Origin: Patescibacteria group bacterium
GTDB taxonomy: Bacteria > Patescibacteriota > Minisyncoccia > Phycocordibacterales > UBA5272
Direction: 5' to 3'
Assembly (NCBI GenBank): GCA_030916975.1
Contig: JAUPVO010000007.1
Location: 1 to 33,086 of the forward strand
DNA length: 33,086 bases
Made by a program: the position numbers and the translations under genes. Under the pieces are notes generated by a model. It was not told the origin of the DNA. It saw only the letters and a program-made list of their open reading frames with translations, and made no database searches. Positions 18,881 to 28,283 of this stretch are shown piece by piece (the stretch's first letter is position 1; every line of letters starts with the position of its first letter).

Positions 18881-20413
18881 TTAATACTGGTACTGACAAG
18901 TATAGCTTTCTATACTGTTATATGTAGATTGGTTATACATATTGGACTGATTATAGTTATACATTTTTGTAGTATTAAAAGGACACTCACATCTTCTGGC
19001 TGTAAAGTCATAGTTATAATATTTATTTACAACTCCTGGAGTACAATAGGCTGAGTTATTGTTATTGCTACCGTTAACACTTTTAAATAAGAAATTAAAA
19101 GGATAATCTTTGCTATTACCATAATTATCGCTTAATCTTATTGTAAAATAATAATTCATGTTATCACTCATAAAAGCAGCATCGAAGTTAACTAAAGCTG
19201 AACTATCAGGACACCACATCATAGTAGAATATCCATTTTGATACTGTGGACCAGACGGTGTATTACAATCACCTTTACTAACATAAGCAGAAGGTATGTT
19301 GGTGTTTACAATTGACAGGTTATAGTTAGTAAGAATATTTGAATTATTATAACTAGTTAGATTATTAGAAGTTGCCATAATCTTAATTCCTTTTAAATAG
19401 TCTGTTGAATAAGGAGTGTGATTATAACTCCAAGTAGAAGCCGAGCTATCGTAATTGATTACAGATGGCACGTCATTTGAATTGAAGTTAATATTATTGG
19501 TTAAGTTATTATTAGAATAGTTAGTTTCAACGATAAATTCTTTTACAATCTTTTTATTATATACATCGTCTCCGCAAGTTACTCGATAATAATCTAAACC
19601 TGTTCCATTACTGTTGTAAGTAGAAGTGAAGTATTTTTGATTGCTTAGATAATAATATGAACCATATCCAGATCTGTGTTCTACACTACAAGAAACTGCT
19701 GAGTTACTCGTGGTGACGGTAAAATTAGTATTACCATTAACTCCGGCAGCATCATAATAACCATTGCTATTCTTAGTTAAATATTTGCCAAGGTTATTAG
19801 AATAGATTTGCATATCTACACTATAATCCTGCAAATAACCTCCTGCGTTCTGACAAGTGAAAGCTCCATAATAACTGTTAACGTTGTAGCTTTTGGTAGA
19901 GCCTACTGGGCAAACACAACTGTCGCTATAATAAACTGTATTGAGAGTACAATAATTACTATAATTAGGGCAAGCTGCAAAATCACAATTAGGCCCAACT
20001 CTACCCACATAAGACCCATCAGAACACATTTTTGCGTCCATAGTACAAGCCACAGGTCCCACTGGCGGAATTCCTCCACAAGTATCTGAAGTAATAGCCG
20101 CTCTTGTAAGAGGCCCAACATAGCCAGTTGAACTTATGTTTTTGGATGATTGATAACTTCTTACAGCAGCTTCCGTTAATCTGCCATAATATCCCGTCGG
20201 ATCAGTATTCAAAAAACCTTTACCCTGCAAGAAATCTTGAAGTTTTGAAACTTCATAATTCGTATTATAATCTGTAGCGGAACGTCCAAAATTATTGGAT
20301 AAGTTAATACAAGCGCTAGTATAAGGATTTGGGTTATAATCTCCTTGATATTGAGCCATAACAAAACCAAACAACAAAGGAAGAGAAGCCACAATAGTTA
20401 TTATTCTTTTCAT
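18881..20413 (-). CDS. Secreted Asn/Tyr-rich, Cys-containing protein with an N-terminal peptidoglycan-binding domain
   Basis: Signal peptide present. PG_binding_1-like segment VSKLQDFLQGKGFLNTDPTGYYGRLTEAAVRSYQ. The remainder is an N/Y/S-rich low-complexity region. Confidence 0.8.
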   Translation of the reverse strand: MKRIITIVASLPLLFGFVMAQYQGDYNPNPYTSACINLSNNFGRSATDYNTNYEVSKLQDFLQGKGFLNTDPTGYYGRLTEAAVRSYQSSKNISSTGYVGPLTRAAITSDTCGGIPPVGPVACTMDAKMCSDGSYVGRVGPNCDFAACPNYSNYCTLNTVYYSDSCVCPVGSTKSYNVNSYYGAFTCQNAGGYLQDYSVDMQIYSNNLGKYLTKNSNGYYDAAGVNGNTNFTVTTSNSAVSCSVEHRSGYGSYYYLSNQKYFTSTYNSNGTGLDYYRVTCGDDVYNKKIVKEFIVETNYSNNNLTNNINFNSNDVPSVINYDSSASTWSYNHTPYSTDYLKGIKIMATSNNLTSYNNSNILTNYNLSIVNTNIPSAYVSKGDCNTPSGPQYQNGYSTMMWCPDSSALVNFDAAFMSDNMNYYFTIRLSDNYGNSKDYPFNFLFKSVNGSNNNNSAYCTPGVVNKYYNYDFTARRCECPFNTTKMYNYNQSNMYNQSTYNSIESYTCQYQY

Positions 20414-20421
20414 AATATAAA

Positions 20422-20450
20422 ATTATATTACTTACTGTAATACTTGTCAA
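20422..20450 (-). promoter_or_regulatory. Consensus sigma70 promoter for the 510-aa surface protein gene
   Basis: Read on the minus strand: TTGACA (20450-20445), 17-nt spacer, TATAAT (20427-20422). Confidence 0.6.
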
Positions 20451-20476
20451 TGGTCTAAAAATTAAGAAAAACTGCA

Positions 20477-21466
20477 CTAAATCTTATCTCCAAAATACTG
20501 TAACAATACTTTCTGCATATCGTCTGGCATAGGCGCCACAACCTCAATATTCTCTTTTCTCAGAATGAACTCAAGCTTGTAAGCGTGTAACATACACCTA
20601 GGTGCTAGAGAAGTAGAATCTTTTGAACCATATAACTCATCACCAATAATTGGATGTCTTATACTTCTAAGATGCACTCTGAGTTGATGTGTACGTCCGG
20701 TCAAGGGATACAATTCTACGTAAGTGAACTTTTTATCTTCGCTTCTAGCCAAAACCTTATAGCGAGTCAAAGCCTCTCTCTCTTTCCCCCTAAAATCTTT
20801 GGAGAACATATCTACTACCGCTTTCTTGCGGAAGTCACTTCTGGCCCTAGCAATAGGAGAATCTATAATTCCCATGTCTTCTCTTAGATTACCTTCTACT
20901 ATTGCTCTATAAACTTTACGGATTTTGTGATTGTAAAAAAGACCTTTCATCTCTTTAAATGCAGCTTCATTTTTACAAAGCGCAAGAACTCCACTAGTGT
21001 CTCTATCCAATCTGTGAACAATAGCAAACCTATCTCCTTCACCCACAGTTCTAAGATCTGGGTATTTGTCATATACAATATCACTTATCGTAACTTCATC
21101 ACTTCTGTCATCTGGGTGCACCATAATATTGACAGGTTTATTAATAATAATAACTCTTTCATTCTCAAACAACTTATCAAAATCTTCAAAATTATTTTCT
21201 TTGGACCATTTCTCAACATCTTTTGGAACATAGTTAATTCTTTTATTCTTGAGATAAGCTCCTTTCCCAGCTAAGTTTGAAGCTTCTTCATCCAAGTTTT
21301 CTTCATCATCAAAAACCTCTTTTATTTTGAGACCTCTTCTATTTCGAGCAAAGTCTTTATAATTCAAATTGGCCATTTTGTCGTTTTTTCTTTTCTTGGT
21401 TTTCTTGTTATCTGGTCTATTTTCTACTTGCATTTTAAGTATCTTTAGTGTATCATATATTAACAT
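20477..21466 (-). CDS. RluA-family 23S rRNA pseudouridine synthase
   Basis: Motifs HRLDRDTSGVL and GRTHQLRVH. Start is uncertain, with alternative ATGs at 21433 and 21376. Confidence 0.85.
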   Translation of the reverse strand: MLIYDTLKILKMQVENRPDNKKTKKRKNDKMANLNYKDFARNRRGLKIKEVFDDEENLDEEASNLAGKGAYLKNKRINYVPKDVEKWSKENNFEDFDKLFENERVIIINKPVNIMVHPDDRSDEVTISDIVYDKYPDLRTVGEGDRFAIVHRLDRDTSGVLALCKNEAAFKEMKGLFYNHKIRKVYRAIVEGNLREDMGIIDSPIARARSDFRKKAVVDMFSKDFRGKEREALTRYKVLARSEDKKFTYVELYPLTGRTHQLRVHLRSIRHPIIGDELYGSKDSTSLAPRCMLHAYKLEFILRKENIEVVAPMPDDMQKVLLQYFGDKI

Positions 21467-21513
21467 AAAAAGCTTGATTACTAAAGGCGGTAAGCTTTAA
21501 GAGAAAAATAAAA

Positions 21514-21589
21514 GGGAGATTAGCTCAGTTGGTAGAGCAACTCGTTTACACCGAGAAGGTCAGAGGTTCGAGTCCTCTATCTCCCACCA
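21514..21589 (+). tRNA. tRNA-Val (anticodon UAC), CCA encoded
   Basis: Hand-folded cloverleaf. Acceptor GGGAGAT/ATCTCCC, D arm GCTC-AGTTGGTA-GAGC, anticodon loop TTTACAC, T arm AGAGG-TTCGAGT-CCTCT, discriminator A plus CCA. Confidence 0.9.
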
Positions 21590-21633
21590 TTCCAGACATT
21601 ATAAGTCTTAACTCTACCCCAGTAAAACAAAAA

Positions 21634-21667
21634 CACCCCTTAACGGAATGTTTTGCCGTAAGGGGTG
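21634..21667 (-). terminator. Intrinsic terminator of the 144-aa gene (paralog 1)
   Basis: Minus-strand read is CACCCCTTACGGCAAAACATTCCGTTAAGGGGTG followed by TTTTTGTTTT. Confidence 0.7.
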
Positions 21668-21672
21668 AGTGT

Positions 21673-22107
21673 TTACATCTTGTCTATGCGGAAAAGAAGT
21701 TCACGAACACTTTCCTGCATCTTAGCAAAGCGTTCAGCAACTTTTGCTGTAATATTTTGTTCTTCTGCTGCAAGCAAAGCAGTTAAGCTAGCATGAATAC
21801 CGCCATATTCTTTAGAAAGTTTTTCAAAAGACTTCAAATTCGGTACCTCTTTTTTTGCCTCAGCAAGAATATTCATCAATGATACAGAGTCGCCAATCAC
21901 TTCCTCTGATTCTAGTTCAGTCTCAAGAATCAGTTCCTGCTCTATTTTTTCAATTAAGTTAAGCAGCGCCTGAATCAGCTGCTTAGTATGGGAAACCCTC
22001 TGCGGACGCAGATGATGTGGACCCAGAAAATGCAATGTATTTATTTGCATTTCAAGTGCCGCTAAAAGGATAGACAGAAGGGCTTCGATTTGGTAAACGG
22101 TATTCAT
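21673..22107 (-). CDS. All-helical 144-aa hypothetical protein, paralog 1
   Basis: ORF with SD AGGAG (22117-22113) and its own promoter and terminator. About 41% identical (59/144 by my ungapped hand alignment) to the ORF at 25194-25628. Confidence 0.8.
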   Translation of the reverse strand: MNTVYQIEALLSILLAALEMQINTLHFLGPHHLRPQRVSHTKQLIQALLNLIEKIEQELILETELESEEVIGDSVSLMNILAEAKKEVPNLKSFEKLSKEYGGIHASLTALLAAEEQNITAKVAERFAKMQESVRELLFRIDKM

Positions 22108-22158
22108 TTCATCTCCTGGGGAAGTGTTTGGTTCGGAAGGTGCTCCTGACTTTTAATC

Positions 22159-22186
22159 AGTTGTTAACATTATATACTATATACAA
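22159..22186 (-). promoter_or_regulatory. Consensus promoter of paralog 1
   Basis: Minus strand: TTGACA (22186-22181), 16-nt spacer, TATAAT (22164-22159). It begins TTGACATAAT, as does the paralog 2 promoter. Confidence 0.65.
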
Positions 22187-22350
22187 ATTATGTCAATAGT
22201 ATTGTATCTTTATATTTTGTATAGAAGTAGATATTTTAAACGCTATAAAAATCTAATAAAACTATCCACCAAACCTTTTAACGATAATTAAAACCTCTTT
22301 TTAAATTAAATCTTTTGAGTGATTTTGACTCATATACCAACATATACATT

Positions 22351-22358
22351 TGTATAAT
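22351..22358 (+). promoter_or_regulatory. Possible TG-extended -10 (TGTATAAT) upstream of pyrF
   Basis: TGTATAAT at 22351-22358. No well-spaced -35 (TTGACT lies 22 nt upstream). Confidence 0.35.
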
Positions 22359-22382
22359 TTTGTGTTAAACTACCACCCATCT

Positions 22383-22404
22383 TTCAAAAGAATTCTCTTT
22401 TGAA
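22383..22404 (+). promoter_or_regulatory. Perfect 9-bp hairpin in the AT-rich pyrF leader
   Basis: TTCAAAAGA-attc-TCTTTTGAA, about 35 nt upstream of the pyrF ATG. No T-run follows, so function is unknown. Confidence 0.3.
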
Positions 22405-22439
22405 GATATTGATCTTTAATCAAACCTTGGAGTATCGTC

Positions 22440-23833
<1,394 letters not shown>

Positions 23834-23842
23834 ACTAATTAC

Positions 23843-23895
23843 AAAGCCCCTAATACCGATCGTCGTGATGACGGATGGTGGGGGCTTTTTCTTTT
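23843..23895 (+). terminator. Intrinsic terminator after pyrE
   Basis: AAAGCCCC ... GGGGCTTTTTCTTTT with an inner CGTC-gtgat-GACG helix. Confidence 0.6.
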
Positions 23896-23922
23896 AATGT
23901 GAAAAATGATAAAATATAAAAA

Positions 23923-24201
23923 ATGATTACCCTAGATCAGATAAAAAAATATTTTCGCCCCAAAGACCGAATAACAAATATACTTCTCGCAAATATCCCG
24001 GCTACTATATTAGTTGCCTTTTTTGACATAAAAGATACAATAACAATCACTGTATTAACATTCACAAGTGCAGTAACCATAAGAAAAATAAGAGAGAAGA
24101 AAAAAATGGCTGGCTCTTATAAAACAATTCTCTATGCCATGCTATTCAACTTTATAATTTTTTTCATGATACCTCTATTATATAAATTTATTTTTAAGTA
24201 A
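23923..24201 (+). CDS. Small hydrophobic hypothetical protein (about 2 TM)
   Basis: 92-aa ORF, very AT-rich. Hydrophobic spans ILLANIPATILVAFF and ILYAMLFNFIIFFMIPLL. Confidence 0.5.
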   Translation: MITLDQIKKYFRPKDRITNILLANIPATILVAFFDIKDTITITVLTFTSAVTIRKIREKKKMAGSYKTILYAMLFNFIIFFMIPLLYKFIFK

Positions 24202-24240
24202 AAACCAATAATAAATTAGTAGTTTTTAGAAAATGAAAAA

Positions 24241-24412
24241 GTAAAAACGGGCAATATTTTCGATATTGCCCGTTTAAAGCTTTGCTTTTATATGCACCTC
24301 CTTTTTTAACTTCTACCTACTCCTCAAATAAACGTTAGCTATGTGGGTGGCGGCTAACTTCCTTGCGACCCATTAGCGTGGCTTTCAGAACTTACAAAGG
24401 AGAGGAGCTATA
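24241..24412 (-). ncRNA. Candidate structured small RNA (minus strand)
   Basis: ORF-free. A minus-oriented terminator (AAACGGGCAATATCGAAAATATTGCCCGTTTTT, plus coordinates 24245-24275) follows a core closed by CTCCTC/GAGGAG (24407-24402 with 24325-24320). Inner helices are TCCTT/AAGGA and GTTAGC/GCTAAC. The promoter is weak or unclear (TTCAAG-18-TATATA). Confidence 0.3.
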
Positions 24413-24476
24413 TACTTTCTGCTATTCAAAATCTTGAAGCAATTTTAGTATAAAGGTGATAGAATAAATAAATTAT

Positions 24477-24932
24477 ATGGAAAATAAGTTTAAGCAAGCT
24501 CTCGAAAAAGCAAAACAAGTATATCCTCTCCAAGGAATAATTAACTGTCCATATCTTGGTCAAGTAACACTCACTTCAGAAGGTTTCAATCACTTACAGA
24601 ATAAGAGAAACAAAGAGCCAAGGAATATCCGTGAGCAGATACTAAAACTACATCTTTTACCGAAAGCGCTTGAAGTCATTAAGAAGTCAGGTACGCTCCA
24701 AGAATACAGAGTTCAGCTTGAGAAGTTTGGTGGTAAAGGTAAAGACGGATTATCAAAAACAAAGAAAGTTGAGTACTGGGGTTTCCACTCTATCTTCGGA
24801 GAAGCAAAGGACCGTAAGATAGTTGTTGTCGTACGACGTGTCGGTGACGGTAAGATGACATTCTGGAGCGTATTACCTCACAAGAAGTTCAATAATCAAA
24901 AGCTCTACGATGATGGAATAGATGAAGATTAG
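24477..24932 (+). CDS. Hypothetical basic protein (151 aa)
   Basis: ORF in the track; no motif I can assign confidently. Confidence 0.7.
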   Translation: MENKFKQALEKAKQVYPLQGIINCPYLGQVTLTSEGFNHLQNKRNKEPRNIREQILKLHLLPKALEVIKKSGTLQEYRVQLEKFGGKGKDGLSKTKKVEYWGFHSIFGEAKDRKIVVVVRRVGDGKMTFWSVLPHKKFNNQKLYDDGIDED

Positions 24933-24934
24933 AA

Positions 24935-25030
24935 ACAAAAATACCAACCCTTAGAGGTTGGTAACTTTGTTATGCCTGCCTTCAGCTTAGGTAAACCTTA
25001 TCCGAGAAAGGGCTTGCGCCCACAGGCATA
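24935..25030 (-). ncRNA. Candidate structured small RNA, about 95 nt (minus strand)
   Basis: Minus-strand promoter TTGCAT (25064-25059), 17-nt spacer, TAGTGT (25041-25036). A 7-bp closing helix ATGCCTG/CAGGCAT (24972-24978 with 25023-25029) encloses a GGGC-GCAA-GCCC tetraloop hairpin. The terminator TACCAACC-tctaag-GGTTGGTA plus TTTTTGTTT is strong only in the minus orientation. Confidence 0.4.
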
Positions 25031-25110
25031 TGTATACACTACACTATACCCAATTTGTATGCAAGTAGATAGTAAATAAGGCTTGCAAAATAATGGCTTT
25101 GCATAGGTCA

Positions 25111-25138
25111 TTGACATAATACATATTTGTGATATTAT
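25111..25138 (+). promoter_or_regulatory. Consensus-like promoter of paralog 2
   Basis: TTGACA (25111-25116), 16-nt spacer, TATTAT (25133-25138). Confidence 0.6.
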
Positions 25139-25193
25139 ATAAACTGACTTTAGGAAATAGCACATTCAAACAAACTCTTCGCTAGGAGGCGAA

Positions 25194-25628
25194 ATGGACC
25201 CCATCCGTCAAATTGAAACTCTCGTCGCAATTCTGCTCGCATCTTTTGATACTCAGATCCAGTTAATACAGTTTCTTGGTCGGCATCAGATGCGTTCAGC
25301 TCTCGTCCACCACACCAAGACACTGATTGAAGCATTGCTTCGTTCAATTGAAAACATTGAACGTCAGTTCATGGAGGAAGTTGAAAGCGAAGCAGAGCAA
25401 GTACTCGGACAATCTGCAACTCTTGCCAAAGCCATCACTGAAGCAAAAGATGAAATGCCAGAAGTTGAAATGCTTCAAGAGCTTGCTCAGATTGCCAAGA
25501 GTGGTCACCGTTCTCTTACTTCTTCTCTTGCAGAAGGAGAAAAGGAGGTGACCGATGAACTGGTTGGTAGGTTCACGAAGATGAAGGACAAGATCAAAAC
25601 TCTTCTGTCGCGAATTGAAGACCTGTAA
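25194..25628 (+). CDS. All-helical 144-aa hypothetical protein, paralog 2
   Basis: ORF with strong SD (TAGGAGGCGAA-ATG). Same length as, and colinear with, the ORF at 21673-22107, in inverted orientation. Confidence 0.8.
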   Translation: MDPIRQIETLVAILLASFDTQIQLIQFLGRHQMRSALVHHTKTLIEALLRSIENIERQFMEEVESEAEQVLGQSATLAKAITEAKDEMPEVEMLQELAQIAKSGHRSLTSSLAEGEKEVTDELVGRFTKMKDKIKTLLSRIEDL

Positions 25629-25634
25629 AACAAC

Positions 25635-25676
25635 CACCCCTTACGGAAATTGCTCCGCTTTGGGGTGATTTCTTTT
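25635..25676 (+). terminator. Intrinsic terminator of paralog 2
   Basis: CACCCCTTACGGAAATTGCTCCGCTTTGGGGTG followed by ATTTCTTTT. It shares the CACCCCTTACGG start with the paralog 1 terminator. Confidence 0.65.
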
Positions 25677-25719
25677 ATATCTATATATTATTCACAATGT
25701 TCATACATTCACACTAAAC

Positions 25720-27705
25720 TTAAGTACTCTGTATTGCTTCTCTTAACTTATCACCTAAAACTTTTGCTAATTCTTGAACATTTATATTTGCAACACTGTT
25801 TGGGTAATAATTTTTAACGTGCTCAGTACCTCTTCCTAAACCTAATCCAATTATCTTCACTTTTCCATCCTTTGTAATGTCATCAACGACTTGCTTTAAG
25901 TTGTCAGTACCAAACCCAAAATAACCGTAACCAAAACCTCTTCTATTGTTACCATCTTTGCTATGCTTACCCGAAGGGGCTGGCTGACCGTCCGATATTA
26001 CAAAAAGTATCTTTTGAGTTTCTTCTCTTTTTTTCAACCTATCACTTGTCTGTTCAACGGCCCAGTCGTCATCATTGTGACCCGCGTTACCAGAATAAAC
26101 TTCTGATAACATTTGTTCTGATGAATGTCTTACTGTATCATCCAGCTCTCCTTCAAAATCTTTATAATCATGAATTTCGGTATTAAAACCTGTAACGGAA
26201 AACTTTATGCCGATCTGATTAAGAACTTCAGACAGTACCGCAGATGCTTTGAAAGCTTCGTGTATTTTCCCTCCTATTCGCATTGAACCAGAGAGATCTA
26301 TTAAAAGAGTGATAGCATAGTCAGCTTCTTTTGGTTGCTCTCTTCTCATAAATGCGCCAGTATCAAAAGGTGACGTTCGTGCAACCTCCTCTTGAATTGC
26401 TTTCCCGATATTTATTTTTTTGCCACTCTTATAACCGCTCTCCCATCTAGTATGTTTTCTTTTGTTGAAGATTTCTTGTAGTTCATTTGTAAGATGATCT
26501 ATAAGCGGGGCACACTCGCGAAGCACTTGGGAGTATGAAATTTCTCTTCTATCTCTTTGTTCAAGCTTTTTCTTAAGATCTCCTATCTCTTTATCGTTCA
26601 AGGTAAAAGGCTTCGGTTCATCTATATCCGGAATATCCTCAAGTTCAATTTCTCCTTCATATACATCGACACCTTCTTCTGGTTCTCCACCAGGTTCAAA
26701 CTTTGCCTGTTTAGCTTTCTTAATAGCCTCAGCTTTTGCCTTCTCACCTTCAAAATGTTCGGCAAGTTTTTCCGCAAACTCTTTTATTAGTTTTTTTGCT
26801 TCCTCTTCAGTGAGAGACTTTTTACCCCTTTCATTATTTCCTTGACCACCATTTTTTGCATCTTCAATATCTTTATCGACGAGCGTTTTGAAAAGTGGCC
26901 ACACATCCCTGTAATTTATTTGAAAAGACGCTCGTGCATATTCCGTAATTGTTTCTTCACCTGTAAGTTGTCTACCTTGATGGATCACCCCAGTATCAGC
27001 TTCTTTAAGGCTTGGATATGTATTCCAGCTACGCTTAGTTGCTTCATATGTTTTAAGTACAACATCACGAACATCGTCCGGAAGATCAGGAGACAAATCA
27101 GGTTTTTCACCCACAGAAACTTTATACCACAATTTCATATACTCAAACCCAGCTTGCATAAAACGTGGATTCTTGCCAAACTTTTTGTTTGCTTCTTCCT
27201 GCATTTCTGCTTCAAACTGTGCATCTTCACTTTCAGAGCCGTATGCAAACTTCATTTCGTCACGAAAATGAGGAATATTATCAGCAACAAAGTTATTATC
27301 TCGTGGGTCTTCAATTGCATTCATCATAAAAGAAAAAGCCGGGAGTTGCCATACCTTATCTGGTATCACTTCTTTCACCCTTGAAATTCTCCTGTGACCC
27401 GCTTCGTGACTCATAACAAAACGTAGGAACTCAATAGGTTTATTAAGCAGATCATCAGGATCAGCTCTCACCACATTCTTGTCAAAATCCCAATGCCATC
27501 CTTGACTTGGATTTACCTCAACCTTCATTCCATAATCCTTTCCAATAAAATAAGCTAAAGAAGATAATATATGAAGTCTATCTTCTATGTTTTTTTTATC
27601 ATCCTCGCTAAATCGTTCAAGAGGATTATTATGTGTTAAGGATATGGCTTCTAGACGAGTGTTCATACTAAAATAATACCACGAGAACCTTAATATATAA
27701 GTCAT
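25720..27705 (-). CDS. vWA-domain protein with N-terminal HExxH putative metallopeptidase domain (CobT/NorD/CoxE-like partner of MoxR ATPases)
   Basis: HExxH at FVMSHEAGHRR. C-terminal MIDAS motifs LIDLSGSM, TGFN and VISDGQP. The first ATG overlaps a likely -10 (TGTATAAATG), so the ATG at 27666 (MNTRLE...) may be the real start. Confidence 0.85.
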   Translation of the reverse strand: MTYILRFSWYYFSMNTRLEAISLTHNNPLERFSEDDKKNIEDRLHILSSLAYFIGKDYGMKVEVNPSQGWHWDFDKNVVRADPDDLLNKPIEFLRFVMSHEAGHRRISRVKEVIPDKVWQLPAFSFMMNAIEDPRDNNFVADNIPHFRDEMKFAYGSESEDAQFEAEMQEEANKKFGKNPRFMQAGFEYMKLWYKVSVGEKPDLSPDLPDDVRDVVLKTYEATKRSWNTYPSLKEADTGVIHQGRQLTGEETITEYARASFQINYRDVWPLFKTLVDKDIEDAKNGGQGNNERGKKSLTEEEAKKLIKEFAEKLAEHFEGEKAKAEAIKKAKQAKFEPGGEPEEGVDVYEGEIELEDIPDIDEPKPFTLNDKEIGDLKKKLEQRDRREISYSQVLRECAPLIDHLTNELQEIFNKRKHTRWESGYKSGKKINIGKAIQEEVARTSPFDTGAFMRREQPKEADYAITLLIDLSGSMRIGGKIHEAFKASAVLSEVLNQIGIKFSVTGFNTEIHDYKDFEGELDDTVRHSSEQMLSEVYSGNAGHNDDDWAVEQTSDRLKKREETQKILFVISDGQPAPSGKHSKDGNNRRGFGYGYFGFGTDNLKQVVDDITKDGKVKIIGLGLGRGTEHVKNYYPNSVANINVQELAKVLGDKLREAIQST

Positions 27706-27716
27706 TTATACAGGTA

Positions 27717-27745
27717 TTGACAAACACACATATTATTGTTAGAAT
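27717..27745 (+). promoter_or_regulatory. Promoter of sRNA unit 1
   Basis: TTGACA (27717-27722), 17-nt spacer, TAGAAT (27740-27745). Confidence 0.65.
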
Positions 27746-27751
27746 ACGTCA

Positions 27752-27947
27752 AGCCGAAAAAGGTTGAGAGTGTGTGAATCAGTTCTAGAGAATTGGTTCA
27801 TCGTCAGGCCAGAGCTTGATGTACTTTTTTAACCAAAGGCATTGTTCTTTATATATGTAAAAATAACCCTAGAGGAAAGGAGAGCTGCAATGCAGCAAAC
27901 AATCCGATCGGTCCAAGACCCCCGCCAACCAGTGCGGGGGTCTTTTC
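27752..27947 (+). ncRNA. Candidate small RNA unit 1 (about 195 nt)
   Basis: Runs from its promoter to a terminator. No track ORF; only a 25-codon sORF that reads through the terminator. Local hairpins include TGAATC/GGTTCA and GCTG-caat-CAGC. Confidence 0.5.
27916..27946 (+). terminator. Terminator of sRNA unit 1
   Basis: AGACCCCCGC-caaccagt-GCGGGGGTCT followed by TTTT (10-bp GC-rich stem). Confidence 0.75.
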
Positions 27948-28000
27948 ATATTTATAAAATAGATTAAAAAACCTTTATAAATAAGTCTTTTGTGAAGGCA

Positions 28001-28028
28001 TTGACAAACTTATATTTTCGTGTATACT
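28001..28028 (+). promoter_or_regulatory. Promoter of sRNA unit 2
   Basis: TTGACA (28001-28006), 16-nt spacer, TATACT (28023-28028). Nearly identical to the unit 3 promoter. Confidence 0.65.
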
Positions 28029-28034
28029 ATATAC

Positions 28035-28198
28035 ATACTTTTGGACTGGTCCAGAAGTTACGAGGCTAGTGCCTCGGCCTACAAGCCCAGTGGCCTGAGC
28101 CTCCGGGCGGCCCCGCAAGGCCGTCCGAGCAGGAGTTGAAAATTGAAAACTTTCTAAACTTCAAACCCAATCACTAACTAACACTTAGTGATTTTTTT
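28035..28198 (+). ncRNA. Candidate small RNA unit 2 (about 160 nt, GC-rich core)
   Basis: Consecutive hairpins at 28038-28057 (8 bp) and 28061-28076 (CGAGGC-UAGU-GCCUCG). Then a nested GC-rich helix CTCC-GGG-CGGCC-ccgcaa-GGCCG-TCC-gagca-GGAG. No ORF. Confidence 0.55.
28169..28198 (+). terminator. Terminator of sRNA unit 2
   Basis: AATCACTAA-ctaacac-TTAGTGATT followed by TTTTT. Confidence 0.7.
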
Positions 28199-28249
28199 AT
28201 GCAAAAATCAATAAAATAAGGCTTTTTATGCTAAATCAGGTATAAATAC

Positions 28250-28277
28250 TTGACAAAGTTATATATTCGTGTATACT
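28250..28277 (+). promoter_or_regulatory. Promoter of sRNA unit 3
   Basis: TTGACA (28250-28255), 16-nt spacer, TATACT (28272-28277). Confidence 0.65.
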
Positions 28278-28283
28278 TATATC

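Noticed and set aside
21529-21786. 85-aa plus-strand ORF (MVEQLVYTEKVRGSS...)
   Set aside because: It starts inside tRNA-Val and runs through the terminator and the antisense of the paralog 1 gene. It is an artefact.
24295-24303. Plus-strand CACCTCCTT, identical to a 16S rRNA 3' terminus
   Set aside because: There is no rRNA-like sequence around it. It is better read as the complement of an SD-like element on the minus strand (see findings).
25150-25637. ORFs 25150-25347(-), 25327-25551(+) and 25344-25637(-) overlapping paralog 2
   Set aside because: These are shadow frames of a gene that has its own promoter, SD, terminator and a paralog. None has signals of its own.
28035-28198. sRNA unit 2 as SRP (4.5S) RNA, because of a GC-rich helix capped by a GCAA-containing loop with AGCA on the 3' side
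   Set aside because: The loop is a hexaloop (CCGCAA). The characteristic symmetric and asymmetric loops are absent, as is the GGAA/AGCAGC context of domain IV. The flanking helices do not fit.
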